NCBI GenBank assembly: GCA_036172245.1
Contig: JAYWIR010000034.1
Location: 1,984,001-2,048,000 of the forward strand
Length of the DNA: 64,000 bases
Direction: 5' to 3'
From: Raillietiella orientalis
Lineage: Eukaryota
The position numbers and the translations under genes were made by a program. This document shows positions 39,201-53,310 of the stretch, one piece after another (within the stretch, counting starts at the first letter, position 1; each line of letters opens with the position of its first letter). A model generated the notes under the pieces. It was not told where the DNA came from. It was given only the letters and a program-made list of their open reading frames with translations, and did not search any database.

Positions 39201-42200
39201 TTAAGCTACATTAAATCCAATAAGTATACATCAGTTCATAGTGATTATTCGTCAATTCACATGTGCACTTTTCTTTATGCTAAAGAGATTCCAAATCAAA
39301 AAAAGATCGAAGAAATATATTACAAGTGCGTAGTTGTGTTTTCTAATTGACGAACGGTATGTCTTTAAAGTTTTTATAAGCAGGCATCATTTCAACCATC
39401 ACACTGAAATGACATATAAAAACATGAAAAAACTTATTTCTCATATATTTAGGATACTTGTTTAAACTGAAATGGTAACTGATTTTCCATGAACAGAAAT
39501 TTGCAAGATATAAAAAACCTGGGTAGCGAAATTGATGCAGTTATACTGAAAAGTAATGCGGATCAACTTAAAGCAAGTTCATGGCTTTGAAAGCAAGTCA
39601 TTAAAAAAAGATTTACGATTCCTATGATTATCTCTTATTTAAAAGAAAGTTAGCATATCACAAATGATACAAGAAATTAACTACATTTTCATGCAATTTT
39701 GAAAGCAAAATTAAATGGAGGTTATAGCAATCACATTAATTGCATGATCACAAAGAGAAATTTGCATCGATAGTTCAAAACATGTATGTTTTCAACACTT
39801 GCTCGCTTTCTCTATAATTTCTCTCTCTGCTTTCCCAGATCACCAAAGCAAAAATGTTCATGTTCCCAGTTTCTTCCTTAGATCAACTAGGTTGTGGAGT
39901 AGACTACTAAGATTTAATTGTAAAAATAAATTTATGTTACTATAAAGAGAATTATGAGCAAAGATTGTAGATCTATGACTTAATAGTTCCCATTAGCCTG
40001 TTAGTTCCCATTTTTCGAATTTACCTTTTCATTTGTGGAAAGCAGTTTTGCTCCAATTGCCGAATTGATCTCGCATTTATGTACTGAGTATGTGAAATTG
40101 CTCAGGATAAAGTTCTAAAAAATCTGTAAAATCTAAATCGGGAAATCTTGGTTGCATTCTTTAAATATTCGGAAAAATACTAAGCATTGTAACGAAGAAA
40201 GCATTGGGAATTTTCTGTAATTTTCGTTTACCAATAGATTTTTAAGATTTTTAACCTATAGATTGTTAATTGTTTTGTTTTAGGTCAAAAAGCAGCATAC
40301 AGATAGAACTCTAAATTTTTTGGTGAATGAGTTAAAAGTGTGTTCAAAACAAGAGGCTGAGAATCGGGTCTTTTTTGTTTCAGCAAAAGAAGTATTGCAA
40401 GCTAGATGTCTGCAGCAGAAGGGATGCTCTCCTCTCTGTAAGTTAATCAAACATTCCACAAGTAAATAGCATATGCATGTGCTTCTTTGGAGTATACTCA
40501 TCAATGGGATCATTACCCTTGTTAATTACTCAGTGCTAGTGCTAGTTCTCCACAAACAAAATCTAGGGATACCAAATGATTTAGGAGTATCAAATGTGCT
40601 GTGAATGTTGTGTACAAGTTATCCATAGGGGGCAAGAAAGCTTGCATAAAGAAATAAAATTGCGTAGGTCTTTAATTTTTGTATTAATGATGTGCACTTT
40701 AGAAATCTCAAGTGTCTATTTTCAATTATGCATACCATTAAAGAATAACATTAACAGTAAGCATCTGCCTACAAATATAATACAACAATACTTTGTGTAA
40801 TTTTTTTAGTTTGGTTTGTTGTGTTTACATTCTGTATTTGTTCAGGACCTAAAATCAAATTGCAAACAGAAAATCTTTGTGAAAGTTAGCAGCATTAATA
40901 ATTAGGGGTAGACAAGCAATACAAGGTGCTTCTTTATTATTTGTTCACGGTTCACGATTTTAAAATGTGTTCAATTGAATATTATGGATTAGAAAATTTC
41001 TTACCATGAATCAGACTGTAACATGAAAAATGCAATGGGTCTTATTTATTTTTAACGAACTGCATCATCTTTTGACCTTGTTATATCTAACAATATTTTG
41101 TTTAGTAATATCTGATATCATGAACTAAATCAGAAAATGCTTGATATATATTCTTAACTGTTGCTTATTTTTCGAGTATTAATTCGCAATAGATGCTGTG
41201 AACTTCCTTCTTTTAAGATTGCTCTTGATATCAGCACAGCTGATGCTGCAGAATTTCAATTTTTATCGATTACGTCGACTTTTTGATATTTCCATTGCAC
41301 AGTTCAGTTCATTTTAGCTTCAAACTTTGCTGTCTGATTTTATCTTTAATCAGTATGGATTCATGTTATCCTAAATCTCTTTTTTTTAATGTATTTATTA
41401 TTTGTCTTTTGTATCTTGCATTGTTACCACTAAAGGAATGAAGGTGAAACTGCCTCGTTGAAATTTTCCATGTGACTTTCTTATTCATGTTCAAATGCAA
41501 GCATTTATTCATCCATATATTTCTTGTTATTTGCACATTGACTCAACACTGGCTGATTAGTTTAGTTCTTTATGGTCTTCTTTGGAAATTGTATAGCTTT
41601 TCGAATTATTGATTCAGAAAAAATCCAGGCATGCATATGAAATAAATCGTTTCATTGTTCCAAGGATCTCGTCTTATTGTTATCTGTGGTTTACAGAATT
41701 CTTCACTTATTGTGGCATAATTTGTTTGTATGATTTTAATTACTTAGTCTGCATACATTGACTATAAATCAGCAAATGGAGGATTGTACTAAAATTTCTT
41801 ATAAATTCCCATGAGGATTTTACTATTTACTTCATAAGCATGTATGCCTGGCTTTTGATTGCAATGCATCAGTGTCTTAATAATATTTTTTTTTATATAT
41901 CATGTAATGTATTTTATTTAAATCATTTCTTATTATCCTGGTCGTTTGGTTCTGATTTAAAATTTAGCCATAAATCTCGATTCTGTTATAGTTATTCATC
42001 CCCCATGTCAAAAGTAAGATGGTTTTCATTCCCAAACAACCCAGGCTTCTTAGAATTTGTTTGTACTTGATTGCAGTTACAATTTGCACATTATCTTAAC
42101 ACTTCAACTTTCTCAAGTACAGTGCATTCAAGACTCAGTCCCATGTTACCATTAAGAGCTTAATGAATTTATTGAAGCTGAAATCTGAGCTTTTTATTAA

Positions 42201-45200
42201 TTTGGAAACTTCGCAAATTAATAGAAGTAAATAGGAAAACCAACATTTACAACAGGTGATTTGTCGAAAAAAAATAAAGTCTAATATTTTGTACAGATTT
42301 CCTGGTGTAAGCATTACTGCAAAAGGTGAGACTGCCAGGATTTCGTTTTTAATCTGTGCATATAGCAGTAATTGCTGTGACCATCCTTCTGTATCACAAA
42401 TACACCCTAAGAGTTACTAAAGCTTCATGTAGGAAGCAAAAAAATACTCAAAGGAGTTATGCTCATTTTTTATCTGTTGAAAAATTATATGGTAGCGTTT
42501 TACAAACACGAGCTAGTTTATTTATTCTAGAAGTACTTGACAAACTATTATAGAGATATTCAGTTTTTAATGTGTTAATGAGAAAATATCTGTTGTGTGA
42601 ATTTGTCAACATGCACCATGTATTACAGATGCAAAATAGAACAGCTTAGGAGCAAGTATTTTTTAGTAATTAAAATATATTTTTTAGCTGGAGCTTTAGC
42701 TGAAGGTTTTCAAAAAAGATACTTTGAATTCCAAGACTTTGAGCTTAAATTTGAAGAATGCATTTCAAAGTCTGCAGTGAAAACTAAATTTGAACAGCAT
42801 ACAATTGGAGGCAAACTCATTTGCAGGTATGTTTTCAAAATACAGTTTGCATTTCACTTTGAATGAGAAATTTCTTATAAGAAAAATTTTTATAATGTGG
42901 AAGAGAAGTGCTTAAGTAGTAAATTTTTTTGTATGATAACTCATAGAATTTAATTTTTCATGTTTTTTCTTTCTTTCCTTGATTTTTCATTTGATTTATC
43001 ATTTACTCGTCGCGAATTTTTGATTGCCCGTTAATTTTTCTGTCTGTTTATTTGATGAACTACTACTGAGATGAATTAACATAATGACTAGTTGACATTT
43101 GTTGATCAAATAACATCCTGTGTTGAGAATGAGTTGAGATGTATGGTTGAAGTGAAAGCATTATCTCCTTTGCTATATTAATTTTACAGACAAAATTTGA
43201 GCCTTATTCTGGTTTGTTTTATTCACGTATCCGTTTTTAGCAGTTGAAATTTTAAAATGTTGGAGACTTAAAATCCTATCTGTAATTAAGCAAATTTTGT
43301 TTTAATATATTGGATGCTTGAATTCGTGAACTTACAGCAGTAAATATGTCGAATGTAGCCCGTATTTTTTCTTTCGAAATAATTTAGTTTTTACTAAGTT
43401 TTCGAGGACAGTGCTTTTAAAACAAATCATAAACTGTAAAGTTCAGTTTAACTGTCATAACTTGATATGCCTGATGTTTCCCTCATGCTAAACCAAAGTT
43501 TGGTTTGGAGAGATTATTTCTTGTTTGTAAATCTATAGGAATATTCTGTATTTTTGTAAAAATGAAGAAAAGATGTTAAACAAAAGGCAGCAACTGAATA
43601 AATAGTTTAGTTTTGAGCAACACTTTAATAAACTTACCCGAAGATGCTGGTTTCATTTCTTTTAATCAAGTATAGTCTATCTTTAGTACGCAAAAACTAG
43701 ATCTTTGTGATTTTGATTGTATACTTTATTTGATGTAGAGTAGTAAACTGCTTGAAATTGTTCTAATTTTTTCAGTCATCTTTTATTGCATCTTGCAGTT
43801 TTGTCATTGTATGCATGTTAAAAGGTTGACCTGAGTCCTATTTGGTGGTCATACATGATATTCTATCTTAATGCATTCTTCTTTGAAATATTTCTTGATC
43901 TTTAATCAAAAAATATGAACTTGATCATTAAATCGAAATGCAATCTTCTAGTGAAATAAAAGCTCTTTTAAGTACCGTAACTGAAACTGTTCAGAAACAT
44001 ATTGCAAACAGCCTTACCGAAAAAAAGCAATATGAAGATACAAAACAAGAAACTGAAAGTCAGCTTATGGTTCTTACAAATGAAATGAAAGGGAAAATAT
44101 GTGAAATGGTTGAAGATGTTGAGCAAAAGGTAAAATCTCAAAAAGATTTAGAAATGCATAGTTGCTTTGAAAGGTGTCAAATGCTCTCAATGAAGAAATT
44201 AGACGATTATCAGTTCTTGTAGATGAATTCAACACTAATTTTAGCTCTGATCCATATGTATTGTCTGTATATAAACGAGAAATCCATCAGTATGTGGAAA
44301 AAGGACTAGGGAACAATCTTCGTGCAAAACTTTCAGCTGCTTTAGCCTTGAGTATTGATGCAGCACAAAAGGAGATGACAGGTACTTCTGTTCCTTAATT
44401 CATTATAGACGATAATGTTAATATCATGGTAAATGTTTTTTCTTGCAAAATGATTTTACACCCTTCCCTGAAGCTTTTCTTGTGTCACATTGTTTCAACA
44501 AACTTCTACAGCTTGTTAAAAGTTGGAGCATTTGCACTCATAAAGCAAAATGAATACAATGTAACCTTGTGACCTCTCTGTAAACTATAAATGAATTATG
44601 GGAATTTTTTTCCTGTATATTTGTCTTGTGCTCTTCATCACCTTGGATAGCATGTTTTGTAATGTGTGACAGACAGCCTATTAGAAATCTGGACTTTTTT
44701 TTTTGTTGTTTAAAATTAGACAAGTTAAAACCATGGGCGACTTTTCAATGTCAATGTCATGTTGTCCTGATTCAATGTCATGTTGGCAGAAGTACTCTCG
44801 AAAAAAAAAAATCTTTAGTACCTGCAAAGTTTGCTTGCCTCTGAGAAAGTAGACTTTAACTTTTATGTTGGCACCACAGTGCTGCCCAAATCTGAAAGTT
44901 GTTACAGAATTTCTAGTTTATTTCTTCCATAGAAACATATAATTAAAAACTTTTCCTTGTAGAAGTACTTAGTAGGCTTTTTAAATATGTTAATAAGTAC
45001 CAGTCAAGTTCAAAGTCATTGCAAAATAATTGCAAAATATAATAGATTTGCAGACCAGCTTGTTTCATTTGTATTATCAAATAAATACTTTACGTTCCCT
45101 TAAATAATAAAGTATTTATAATGTAGTTTCTGATACAACATCTATATGTTTTAGAATGACTTAATTTTAGCAGAAGAATGTAAGGCATTGATCGCAGTTG

Positions 45201-46135
45201 CGAAAGTTTTTCCCGAAAGACTTATTAATGTTGGTTTGCAATTTCAGCAAAGGTGATTAAACTTCTTCCAGAAGAACGCCATCGAATCCCCCTGAGCATT
45301 ATGCCTCATAAGGAACCTTTTGAAATATTTTATCGTATCAATTGCGAAAACTTATGTGCTGATTTCCAAGAGGATATAGAATTTCGGTTTTCATTTGGAA
45401 TTTTAAATTTAATCTCTCGTATCCTAAAGAGAAAGCGGTTTCCTAAATTTGCCTTGATGGATAACTCGAATCCTCCGATAAACAGGACTCCATATCCAGT
45501 TGTTAATTCTCACATGGACGTATCTTCTAATGAGCCTGAAAATTGGTCATTATTGTCAAAAGCAGCAGTGGCAACAGTTTCATCACAAGGAACTGTAGGG
45601 AGCATTCTCCTTACAGGAATGGTGATCACAAGTGTATATATTTAGCATTCAAAATTACAAGTCTTTTTTAGCTCCTCAAAACTGTTGGTTGGAGATTTCT
45701 TGCAGCCACAGCAGGTGCATATGGTCTTTTATACCTGTATGAATGGCTTACTTGGACAAACAAGGCCAAAGAACGTGCATTTAAACAACAATATGTTAAT
45801 CATGCAACCAGAAAATTACGTTTAATTGTTGATTTGACTTCCACGAATTGTAGTCATCAAGTACAACAGTAAGCCATCATTAACATTTGTTTTATTGCTC
45901 TTATACCTTTTTTTTTTTTTTCTCCATCAGACAATTATCTAGTACTTTCGCACGCCTTTGCCATCTAGTTGATGAGACCACACACGAGATGAATGAAGCA
46001 TCATTAGTTTTAGAGAAAGAAATTCGGTTTTTAGAAGAGACGTTGGTGGCTATGAAAAGATTGCACAATCAAGCTTTCTATCTGCATAGCAAATTGCAGG
46101 TTTTTGAACAACAGTTCCTCAAGACTTCACTTTAA
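33276..46135 (+). CDS. Marf: Mitofusin (transmembrane GTPase Marf/fzo), 12 coding exons
   Basis: Exons 33276-33486, 34911-35037, 35083-35245, 37053-37283, 37336-37443, 40284-40437, 42688-42826, 43952-44129, 44174-44381, 45248-45621, 45672-45868 and 45931-46135. Motifs are [62 protein letters not shown] and [10 protein letters not shown]. Confidence 0.96.
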
Positions 46136-47389
46136 ATCACTTGGCTTCCTACTTAATTGCATTGTCGACATACATTTAGTGTGTGATCTTACAATGATTT
46201 CAAATACTGTGGTTAAAAGCATCAAGATGTACGTTTTTGTAATTTTAATATTTTAGTGCAATGATACGTGGATGCAAAGATTAGTACTAATTTGAAATTG
46301 ATTGTGTTCTGCTGCTTTCTTTCCTTCTAATATGTATACATACTTGTAAATTATGAAATTTACTTTTTCTTGTGGACTCTAGTTTTCTTAGATACAGTTG
46401 TCTCTTTTGAGAATACATGAAATACAACTTTCAAGTTTCAGTAATTGTGGTTTTTCTTTCTTACAAATTGTTTGCTTAATGGTGGCCGTGTGCATATAAC
46501 CCAATAACAGCCGTGCATTTGCCCGACAATTTAAGTGACTCTCCCTGGAAAGCCAGAAAAATTTCTATAAAGGTGTTTTCTTGCTTTCTGGTTAAAATGC
46601 AGATCCTGGCTGCTGCTGCCCGCGTTGTTTCTTTCATTTCGTACCTTTTGTTCATAATCAATTTTCAGTGATTGTTCCCATTTTTGTTGTTCATTTTAAA
46701 GTTTTATGAAATCACAATTTTTTACTTTCCAATTTGGTTCCTGACTTTATTGTAGAAGCTAGGTTAATTCACTTATTTATCTATATATACATGTATATGT
46801 AGGTATGTATTTGTGTAAGCACTCGTGTATCCGTAATTGGGTTGTCATGGTGGTTTTATTAAATCAATGAATGTACACATACAATCATTATTAGGGAATT
46901 GACTGAACCTTATGATACATTAAAGACTTAGTCAAACGTAAGACACACTCGAACAATTTACGCAGAAGATCGCTTTTCTGTCGTATGCATTCACAGAGTA
47001 TTTGTTTCTTAAATTACTGGAAATTATTGGATAATCCTTTAGAAACAAATTCAACAAACCATTGTTTCCGCTTGTGCGTGCGTGTGTGCAGTATACATTG
47101 AAAAGAGGTGTACAAGTGCAAGCAAGGGTGGATGTGCAAACAAGCAAAACAAGTCGCTATTGATCACAGTCCATGCATTGAGCCAAACAAAAAAATCCCA
47201 CGGTACATACTAGAAGTAACTTGGCAGTACTGAAACAAAGTGAGCGATAAGAAAACAAAAGGCGCTGGACACAGAAGAAATTCTTTGTTTTCACTAATCG
47301 CTTTTAAATAAAAATGTTACAAAATCGGATGGAAATCCCAGAGCTCTATTTTGCATGCATGTTGCACATTAGGTTTGCGACACATTTTA

Positions 47390-47791
47390 CAGTCTATGCC
47401 TGCCGTGGACATCTCTTGAAGGGACTGTGGATTTCTGTTGAAGCTGAGGCCAAAGGGGTAAAAAGTTGAGACCACGAGATTATATTGAGCAGGCTGCAGG
47501 AGATTGTGGATGAAAGAAAAGAAAAAAGAGCCAACCAGTAAGAGGGGAAACTGCTGGGTGCGTATTCAAAAATCCAAAGGACTACCCAGCAGGGAAACTG
47601 GTTCCGGCTGTCGAGGATTAGGTAATAGTGGAGTCAAAATTTGTAAGAAACGCTGTAACTTTCTGCTGAGTTGCAATAAGGCAGATGCATCTGACCTGGG
47701 ATGCCTTGGCAACAGGCTAAAAGATGCAGTAAAGGATAAATTTAACGTGGAGCTTGAATGGGAAATAAGGGTCTCAGGTAGAAGCTATTAG
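47390..47791 (+). pseudogene. murB: UDP-N-acetylenolpyruvoylglucosamine reductase, 3' fragment (Wolbachia-like)
   Basis: Across frames it reads TAGCVFKNPKG and KKRCNFLL...ASDL...KDAVKDKFNVELEWEIRV, the MurB C-terminus. It is 5'-truncated at the left junction. Confidence 0.8.
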
Positions 47792-48049
47792 GCGGTTTTT
47801 TACAGCTGCTGCATTTTCCATATAACAACCGTTGGAAACGGAAAAAAAGATGCTTACTTGACAAGTTTTGGCAGTCTTGTTATCAATAGTAAAGTTAAAG
47901 CCTATCAAAAGCCGCAGGGAATGCAGGGAAGGTATGTCTTTTTTAGGGCGTTGCACTTGATTTCTGGGATATCTTTGCTATATTCTTTCCAAAGCTTTTC
48001 TATCGTTACTCCGCCTAATATAACGCCAACACTTTAAAGTAAGTGTAAA

Positions 48050-48335
48050 TAACTAGCTATCACAGACTTCTTTTGCCTTTTTTTCTGCTTGGTAAACGTA
48101 AACGCTTGCAGTATAGGTTAGTTGCAAATTAAAAGCAGCTGTTGTCGAGAATTTTAGAATTAAAAAGCATCGACATTTGAGGTAAATAGTAAATAGCCAA
48201 CCACCACGGGGCTTTTTCTGCCTTTCTTTCTACTTTGTAAATTTCTTAATATCTATAGCTAAAGTAACGCCAACAACTGTGATCCCGCTAAGTGTTAGCG
48301 GCTGAGATACTCCAAGTATCCTGCGGCGGAAATTG
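48050..48335. repeat. Wolbachia-type intergenic repeats
   Basis: Two related units, CTTCTTTTGCCTTTTTTTCTGCTTGGTAAA (~48067) and CTTTTTCTGCCTTTCTTTCTACTTTGTAAA (~48212), plus the palindromic CCGCTAAGTGTTAGCGG (48285-48301). These resemble dispersed Wolbachia repeats, recognised from memory. Confidence 0.55.
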
Positions 48336-48420
48336 GTCATGCAAGAGATCTAATGTGAATCCCTTGGGACCAATACTAGAGGCCAAGAGTTTTTAAACTG
48401 AACTCTATGCAGTGCTAAAC

Positions 48421-48960
48421 ATGATAGAAAACCTAAGCGGAAGAGTCGACGAGGTTCACAGTGATCATACAATCTTGAATGTAAATGATGTTGGCTATAT
48501 AGTGTGCCTTTCAGCCAAATGCATGTTCCATTAGAGGTAGAACAAAATTACTTATTGAAACTCACGCAAACAGCAGAGAAAACTTTACTCAGCTACTTGG
48601 TTTCATAAGCAGAGAAGAGCAGCAGTCCTTCCGAGTGCCTGTCAAAGTACTCGGCGTCAATCATAAAACTGCAAGGTCAATTTTGAGTAAATTAACCCCA
48701 GAGCAGTTGTTTTTGGCAATTACGAATGAATTTGAATTAACACTCAAAATGAGCGGGCTAGGTCGAAAACTCATTAATCGAATTATAAAGGAAGTGAGTG
48801 GCAAAGTGAGTAAATTGGAATAACAATTTCCATCCAATTAAAGAGGACGCTGTTTCAGCTTTGATCAACCTCGAATATGAAAAAATGCAAGCTTACGATA
48901 CAATAAAAACATGTCAGGAGTGGACACTAAGGAGCACTTAAGGAACTTCCAACATTATGA
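48421..48960 (+). pseudogene. ruvA: Holliday junction branch migration protein RuvA
   Basis: [60 protein letters not shown] and DAVSALINL. It is frameshifted, and its stop overlaps the ruvB ATG (ATGA). Confidence 0.88.
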
Positions 48961-49880
48961 AATCAATATCATGTAGGTAAAGAATATGCCGAAGATGCGC
49001 GTAATGTAAACATCAGACCTGAACAACTTGATGATGATTTTGTCGGTTCAAAAAGATTTAATAGAAAATTTTAAAGTGTTTTAAATGCCGCAGAGACGAG
49101 AACTGAAGCTTTGGGTCATTGTTTTGCTACACGGTCCTCCAGGGCTTGGCAAAACAACTTTAGCACAAATTGTCTCCAAGGAGTTAAGGGTTAGCTTTCG
49201 CGCTACTTCTGGTCTTTGGCTCGACAAAGCTGGAGATTTAACCGCAGTGCCTACCGCTTAAATACAAAGGATGTCTTCTTTACCGACGAAATCCGTAGAT
49301 TAAATCGCGCATTGAAGAAGTCTTGTATACCGCCATGGAAGACTTTTGCCTAGATATATTAGTGAGTGAAGGCCCATCTACTCGCACTCTAAGGATAGAT
49401 TTGCACCTTGAGTATTCTTTTTCTGAGGAACTGGTTGATGATACTGCAAAGAGAGGCGCAACAGCCGTTCTTTCTGCTGAAGTCGAAGATGCTGTGCAGG
49501 AAATTGCATGCCGTGCGCGTGGCACTCCAAGAATTGCTTCGGGATTACTCAGAAGAATAAGAGATTTTGTTGAAGCGGAAGATGACAAAAAAAAAATTAC
49601 CAATGAAACTGCTGACTGCGCTATCAAAATTGGGCATAGATAAAATGGGATTTAACAATGGATTAGATATGGATTATCTAAGATTTTTATTCAATACTGC
49701 AGGACCTGTTGCAATTAACAACATACCTATTGCGCTGTCTGAGGATGCTGGCAAAGTTGAAGAAACAGTAGAAACTCAACTCAAATTTAATCAAAATTAG
49801 TTTTGTAAAGCGCACACCAAGAGGACGTATTAAAACACAATCAAAGGAAGGAGTATTTGAACCTTCGATATTAAATAGCT
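48957..49880 (+). pseudogene. ruvB: Holliday junction helicase RuvB
   Basis: RPEQLDD, Walker [38 protein letters not shown] and VKRTPRGR. It has stops, frameshifts and a central deletion. Confidence 0.92.
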
Positions 49881-49966
49881 TTCCTGCCATAATTAGTTAA
49901 CTAATTGATATAATGCCGTATACTGGTGTTATGTGCTAGGAATAATGAAGGTAAATAAGTATAGGA

Positions 49967-50820
49967 TGAATAGCACCGAAAAGCACCTTTAATTGCAACT
50001 TCCACTAATCAAGACAGCCCTTCCGATAATAAAACACCTCTGAGCACTCAAAACGTACCTGAACCAACACTGGATAAGGAAGTACATAAATACATCACTC
50101 TTAATGATGAAGAAGCATGGAAAAGATAGATTCTTTGCGTTGCAGAACGACTTTTCTGCCAATATCACGAGCTCAAAACCTTTTGCTCGGGGTAAAAATA
50201 AATGTAATGGATATCACGGACAAAGTGGCCGAACAAATTAAAGAGTTTTCTAAAAGTATAGAAAATAGTGCTATAAAGTCTATAAGGCTCAAAGAAACCG
50301 AGAAAATAATGTTTACCCTCCCGTGAGGGTTGTGCTGGATGATAGCGAAAAAGAAGTAAATGTAACTAAGCTTCTGAGGGGTAATATATGTAAAAAGTAC
50401 AATATAAAACAATTACATTTTCTCACCCTAAACCAAAACGAGGAGCATGTTGGGAGGAGCGTAATAGTGATTTTTTACCACACGCAAGGCTATATTAATG
50501 ATAATGGAGAAAGAATTTATGAGGTGATCAAGGGGTCATACGAAACGATTCTAAAGTGGTATGTTGAAAGAAAAGAATGTAAAATTAAAATTCTCATTAG
50601 TGATGATGGTTCCATAAAACTTGTTGAAGGCAATGATGTAACTGAAGAACAGTTACTTGTGCATAAAGAGGTAAAAGTAAGCAACAAATGAGAAGCAAAG
50701 TTTTTACATGACGCATTAGCACCTCAATCACTAGAATTACAACAAAAAAACTCTGAAGTAGTCAACGTTTTGCAAGTCTTCAACATGTGTGACAGATGTC
50801 AATAAACCACAACACCAAGC
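49967..50820 (+). pseudogene. Wolbachia-like hypothetical protein, fragmented
   Basis: Consecutive AT-rich ORF pieces (50117-50326 and 50323-50691) between ruvB and mpg. I recognised no family. Confidence 0.5.
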
Positions 50821-50902
50821 TCCTGCTGCTCGAGCCAAGCAGGCGAAGTGGTGAAATTTCAGCATAAATTGCTTGCAAATGTAAGTCACTTATAATTCTA
50901 TG

Positions 50903-51400
50903 ATGAACACAATACTACCAAAAAAATTCTTGGAGCAGCTGACCTTAACTGTAGCTGGGGAGTTATTGGGAAAGATCCTCAAATTTTCTGACTTGTGTAA
51001 TAATAACTGAAGTTGAAGCCTATATAGGAATGGATGATCCAGCTGGTCATGTAGCATGAAGCTATACTAATCAAATCTCAGTAATGTTTGGTATGCCAGG
51101 ATTTTCATACATGGAGTGGAATATATGGAATGTATTAATGTTTAAAGTAACAGAAGCAGAAGGGTTTCCACCAGCAGTGTTAATAAGGGGATTGAAGCTC
51201 ATGGAACCACCTGAGGAAAATTTAGGTGGACCAGGAATTTTATGCAAAAGGCTGAATATTACCAAAGAACATAACAAACAAGACCTCACTATAAGCCACG
51301 AATTTTTTTTACAAATCTCACCTCGAACCAGATTATGTTTGCATGCCAAGAATTGGAATCAGTAAAGGCAAAGAGAAATTTTGACAATTTAAGATTCTTT
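50903..51400 (+). pseudogene. mpg: 3-methyladenine DNA glycosylase
   Basis: LTVAGELLGK, IITEVEAYIGMDDPA, GFPPAVLIRG, GPGILCKRLNIT and PRIGISK. It has stops and deletions. Confidence 0.85.
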
Positions 51401-52191
51401 AAATCAAGCTTCTCAATGTCATTACATGCTGGAATAGAGAGTAATGTAAGAGGTCTATTAGACTCATACCCTTGGTAATGCTTTCATACTTTCTTAAAGA
51501 ATGATTATCTGGGTATCCATTGATAGTTCTGATGCTGGAATACTCAACAGAAGCTTGATCTTTAAAAGCAAGTTGTCTCAATTTCTCTCTGAGTTTTGCT
51601 TCTTTTTCTTGTGCTAAAAGGCAAGATTTTATCAATGATTTTATAACCGAATTTATGGCCTTTGTATCTCAGAATGTGCTAGAACATTAATGATATTTTC
51701 TTTTACCACACAATTATACATACTTTTCTTGCTCTTTAACAATTCTATGAACATTCTGCTATTTTGTGAATTCAACTCCAAATTCTTTTCACTTATAGGA
51801 GTTATCATGAAGGTGTTCTTATTTACTCTAATGTTAAACTGTGGAAAGCCCTGAAAAAGTGGAATGGCTACATCCTTAGATTCAAGTGGATTATCGTATG
51901 CAGAAAAAAGAGCACATGCTATAATGTTGGTTGGCATCTCCATTCCATGCTAGCTCAAGTAATGTAATACATTTTCAACATCATATGTAAAGCCTCACTT
52001 TTCAGTAAATCAACAACCTCTATGCCATCATGTTGTTTATACTCTATTCTCACCTCCTCTGTAAAAAGTGTTTTTGCTACTATATGCTTATCAACTACCA
52101 TAAAAATTTTGATGAAATTCCCTAAATCTTGTTTGTCGACTAGTTCACTCCTAATTAAGGCCTTATCAACAATTGAAACATTTTGTGTCAT
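51399..52191 (-). pseudogene. Wolbachia-like hypothetical protein, split into three ORFs
   Basis: Abutting minus-strand ORFs 51955-52191, 51653-51943 and 51399-51635 inside the insertion. Confidence 0.5.
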
Positions 52192-52319
52192 TTTTGCTCA
52201 CTAAAAAAACTCACTAAGTGAATTGTACTTTTAATCCGTTAAAATCTGCTTAAAGTGAGCATGCCAGCTCCTGATTGTGCATTATATAACAGTAAAAGTA
52301 AGCAAAATCACATAAAATC

Positions 52320-52665
52320 GTCGTGTGATGCTACACGGTCTTAATATTCATCATTACTGCCTGTGTAAGTTGTTACATCAGCGTTGTTATAATTGTTACT
52401 TAGCATATCATCTAACTTCCTTCTTTTTCGAGATCCATCAGCTGCTCCCCCCCCCTCCCAATATGCTTGTCATTGAGATTTGTGAAACTGTTCTGACATT
52501 CTATTCAGATTTCACCTTGTTAAACAAATCGGGATTTGCATCTGCATCGATTGCTTCATATTTTACACCTTTTTGCATCTTTGCAGTGACAGTACCACCT
52601 TGTGTATATTATAACTTTTCTTTGGGTGCATTTCATGATTTATCTCCGCAGTATAAAACATAGTT
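52320..52665 (-). pseudogene. grxC: Glutaredoxin 3-like
   Basis: The minus strand reads HCKDAK...GVKYEAID...NVRTVSQI..NDKHIGG, glutaredoxin motifs with a degraded CxxC. It is divergent from ribF. Confidence 0.65.
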
Positions 52666-52699
52666 ATTCAATATAAGAAATATATATGAAACCCCAAAC

Positions 52700-53310
52700 T
52701 GTATGAGTCTATTTACGATTGTGAGCAGGAGATAGAAAATAATGTAGCGTTAACGTTCAGAGATTTTGATGGAGTTCATTTAGGATATGACTTTGCAGTT
52801 TCTACTCTAAAGAAAGTGGGGCAGGAAAAAGGATTACCCTCTGCAATTTTAAGTTTTGAGCCCCACCTGTTGACTGTCTTATTCAACAGAAACAACTTTC
52901 GATTGATAAACCAAGAACGAAAAAAGGGAATGATTAGCAGCTATAGCATAGATTACTTATATATTATCAATTTCAATGGAGGTTTTCCCTAAATCAGAGG
53001 CAATGACCTTATTAGTAGGGTTTTGTGTGGATAGATATAGCACTAAACATATAATTGTTGGAGAAAATTGCACTTTTGGTCATAAATGATTAGGTAATAC
53101 ATCAACTAGATACAAGGAAATATTCAGAAACATATGGATATTCTTTAACTAAGTTGGAACCATTAGTAATCAATGGAGAAATTTGCTCCTCTTCTTCAAC
53201 CAGTTTTCACAGAAGGGCAAAATAGAGATTGTCAGTAAGTTGCTTGGCAGGCCTTATCAAATCTATGGTATTGTCACAAAAGGTGCCCATCAAAGAAAGG
53301 TACATACCAT
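52700..53310 (+). pseudogene. ribF: Riboflavin kinase/FAD synthetase, N-terminal part only
   Basis: ALTF..FDGVHLG, LSFEPH, IIVGENCTFGH, ICSSS and KLLGRPYQIYGIVTKG. It breaks off at the start of the kinase domain. Confidence 0.85.
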
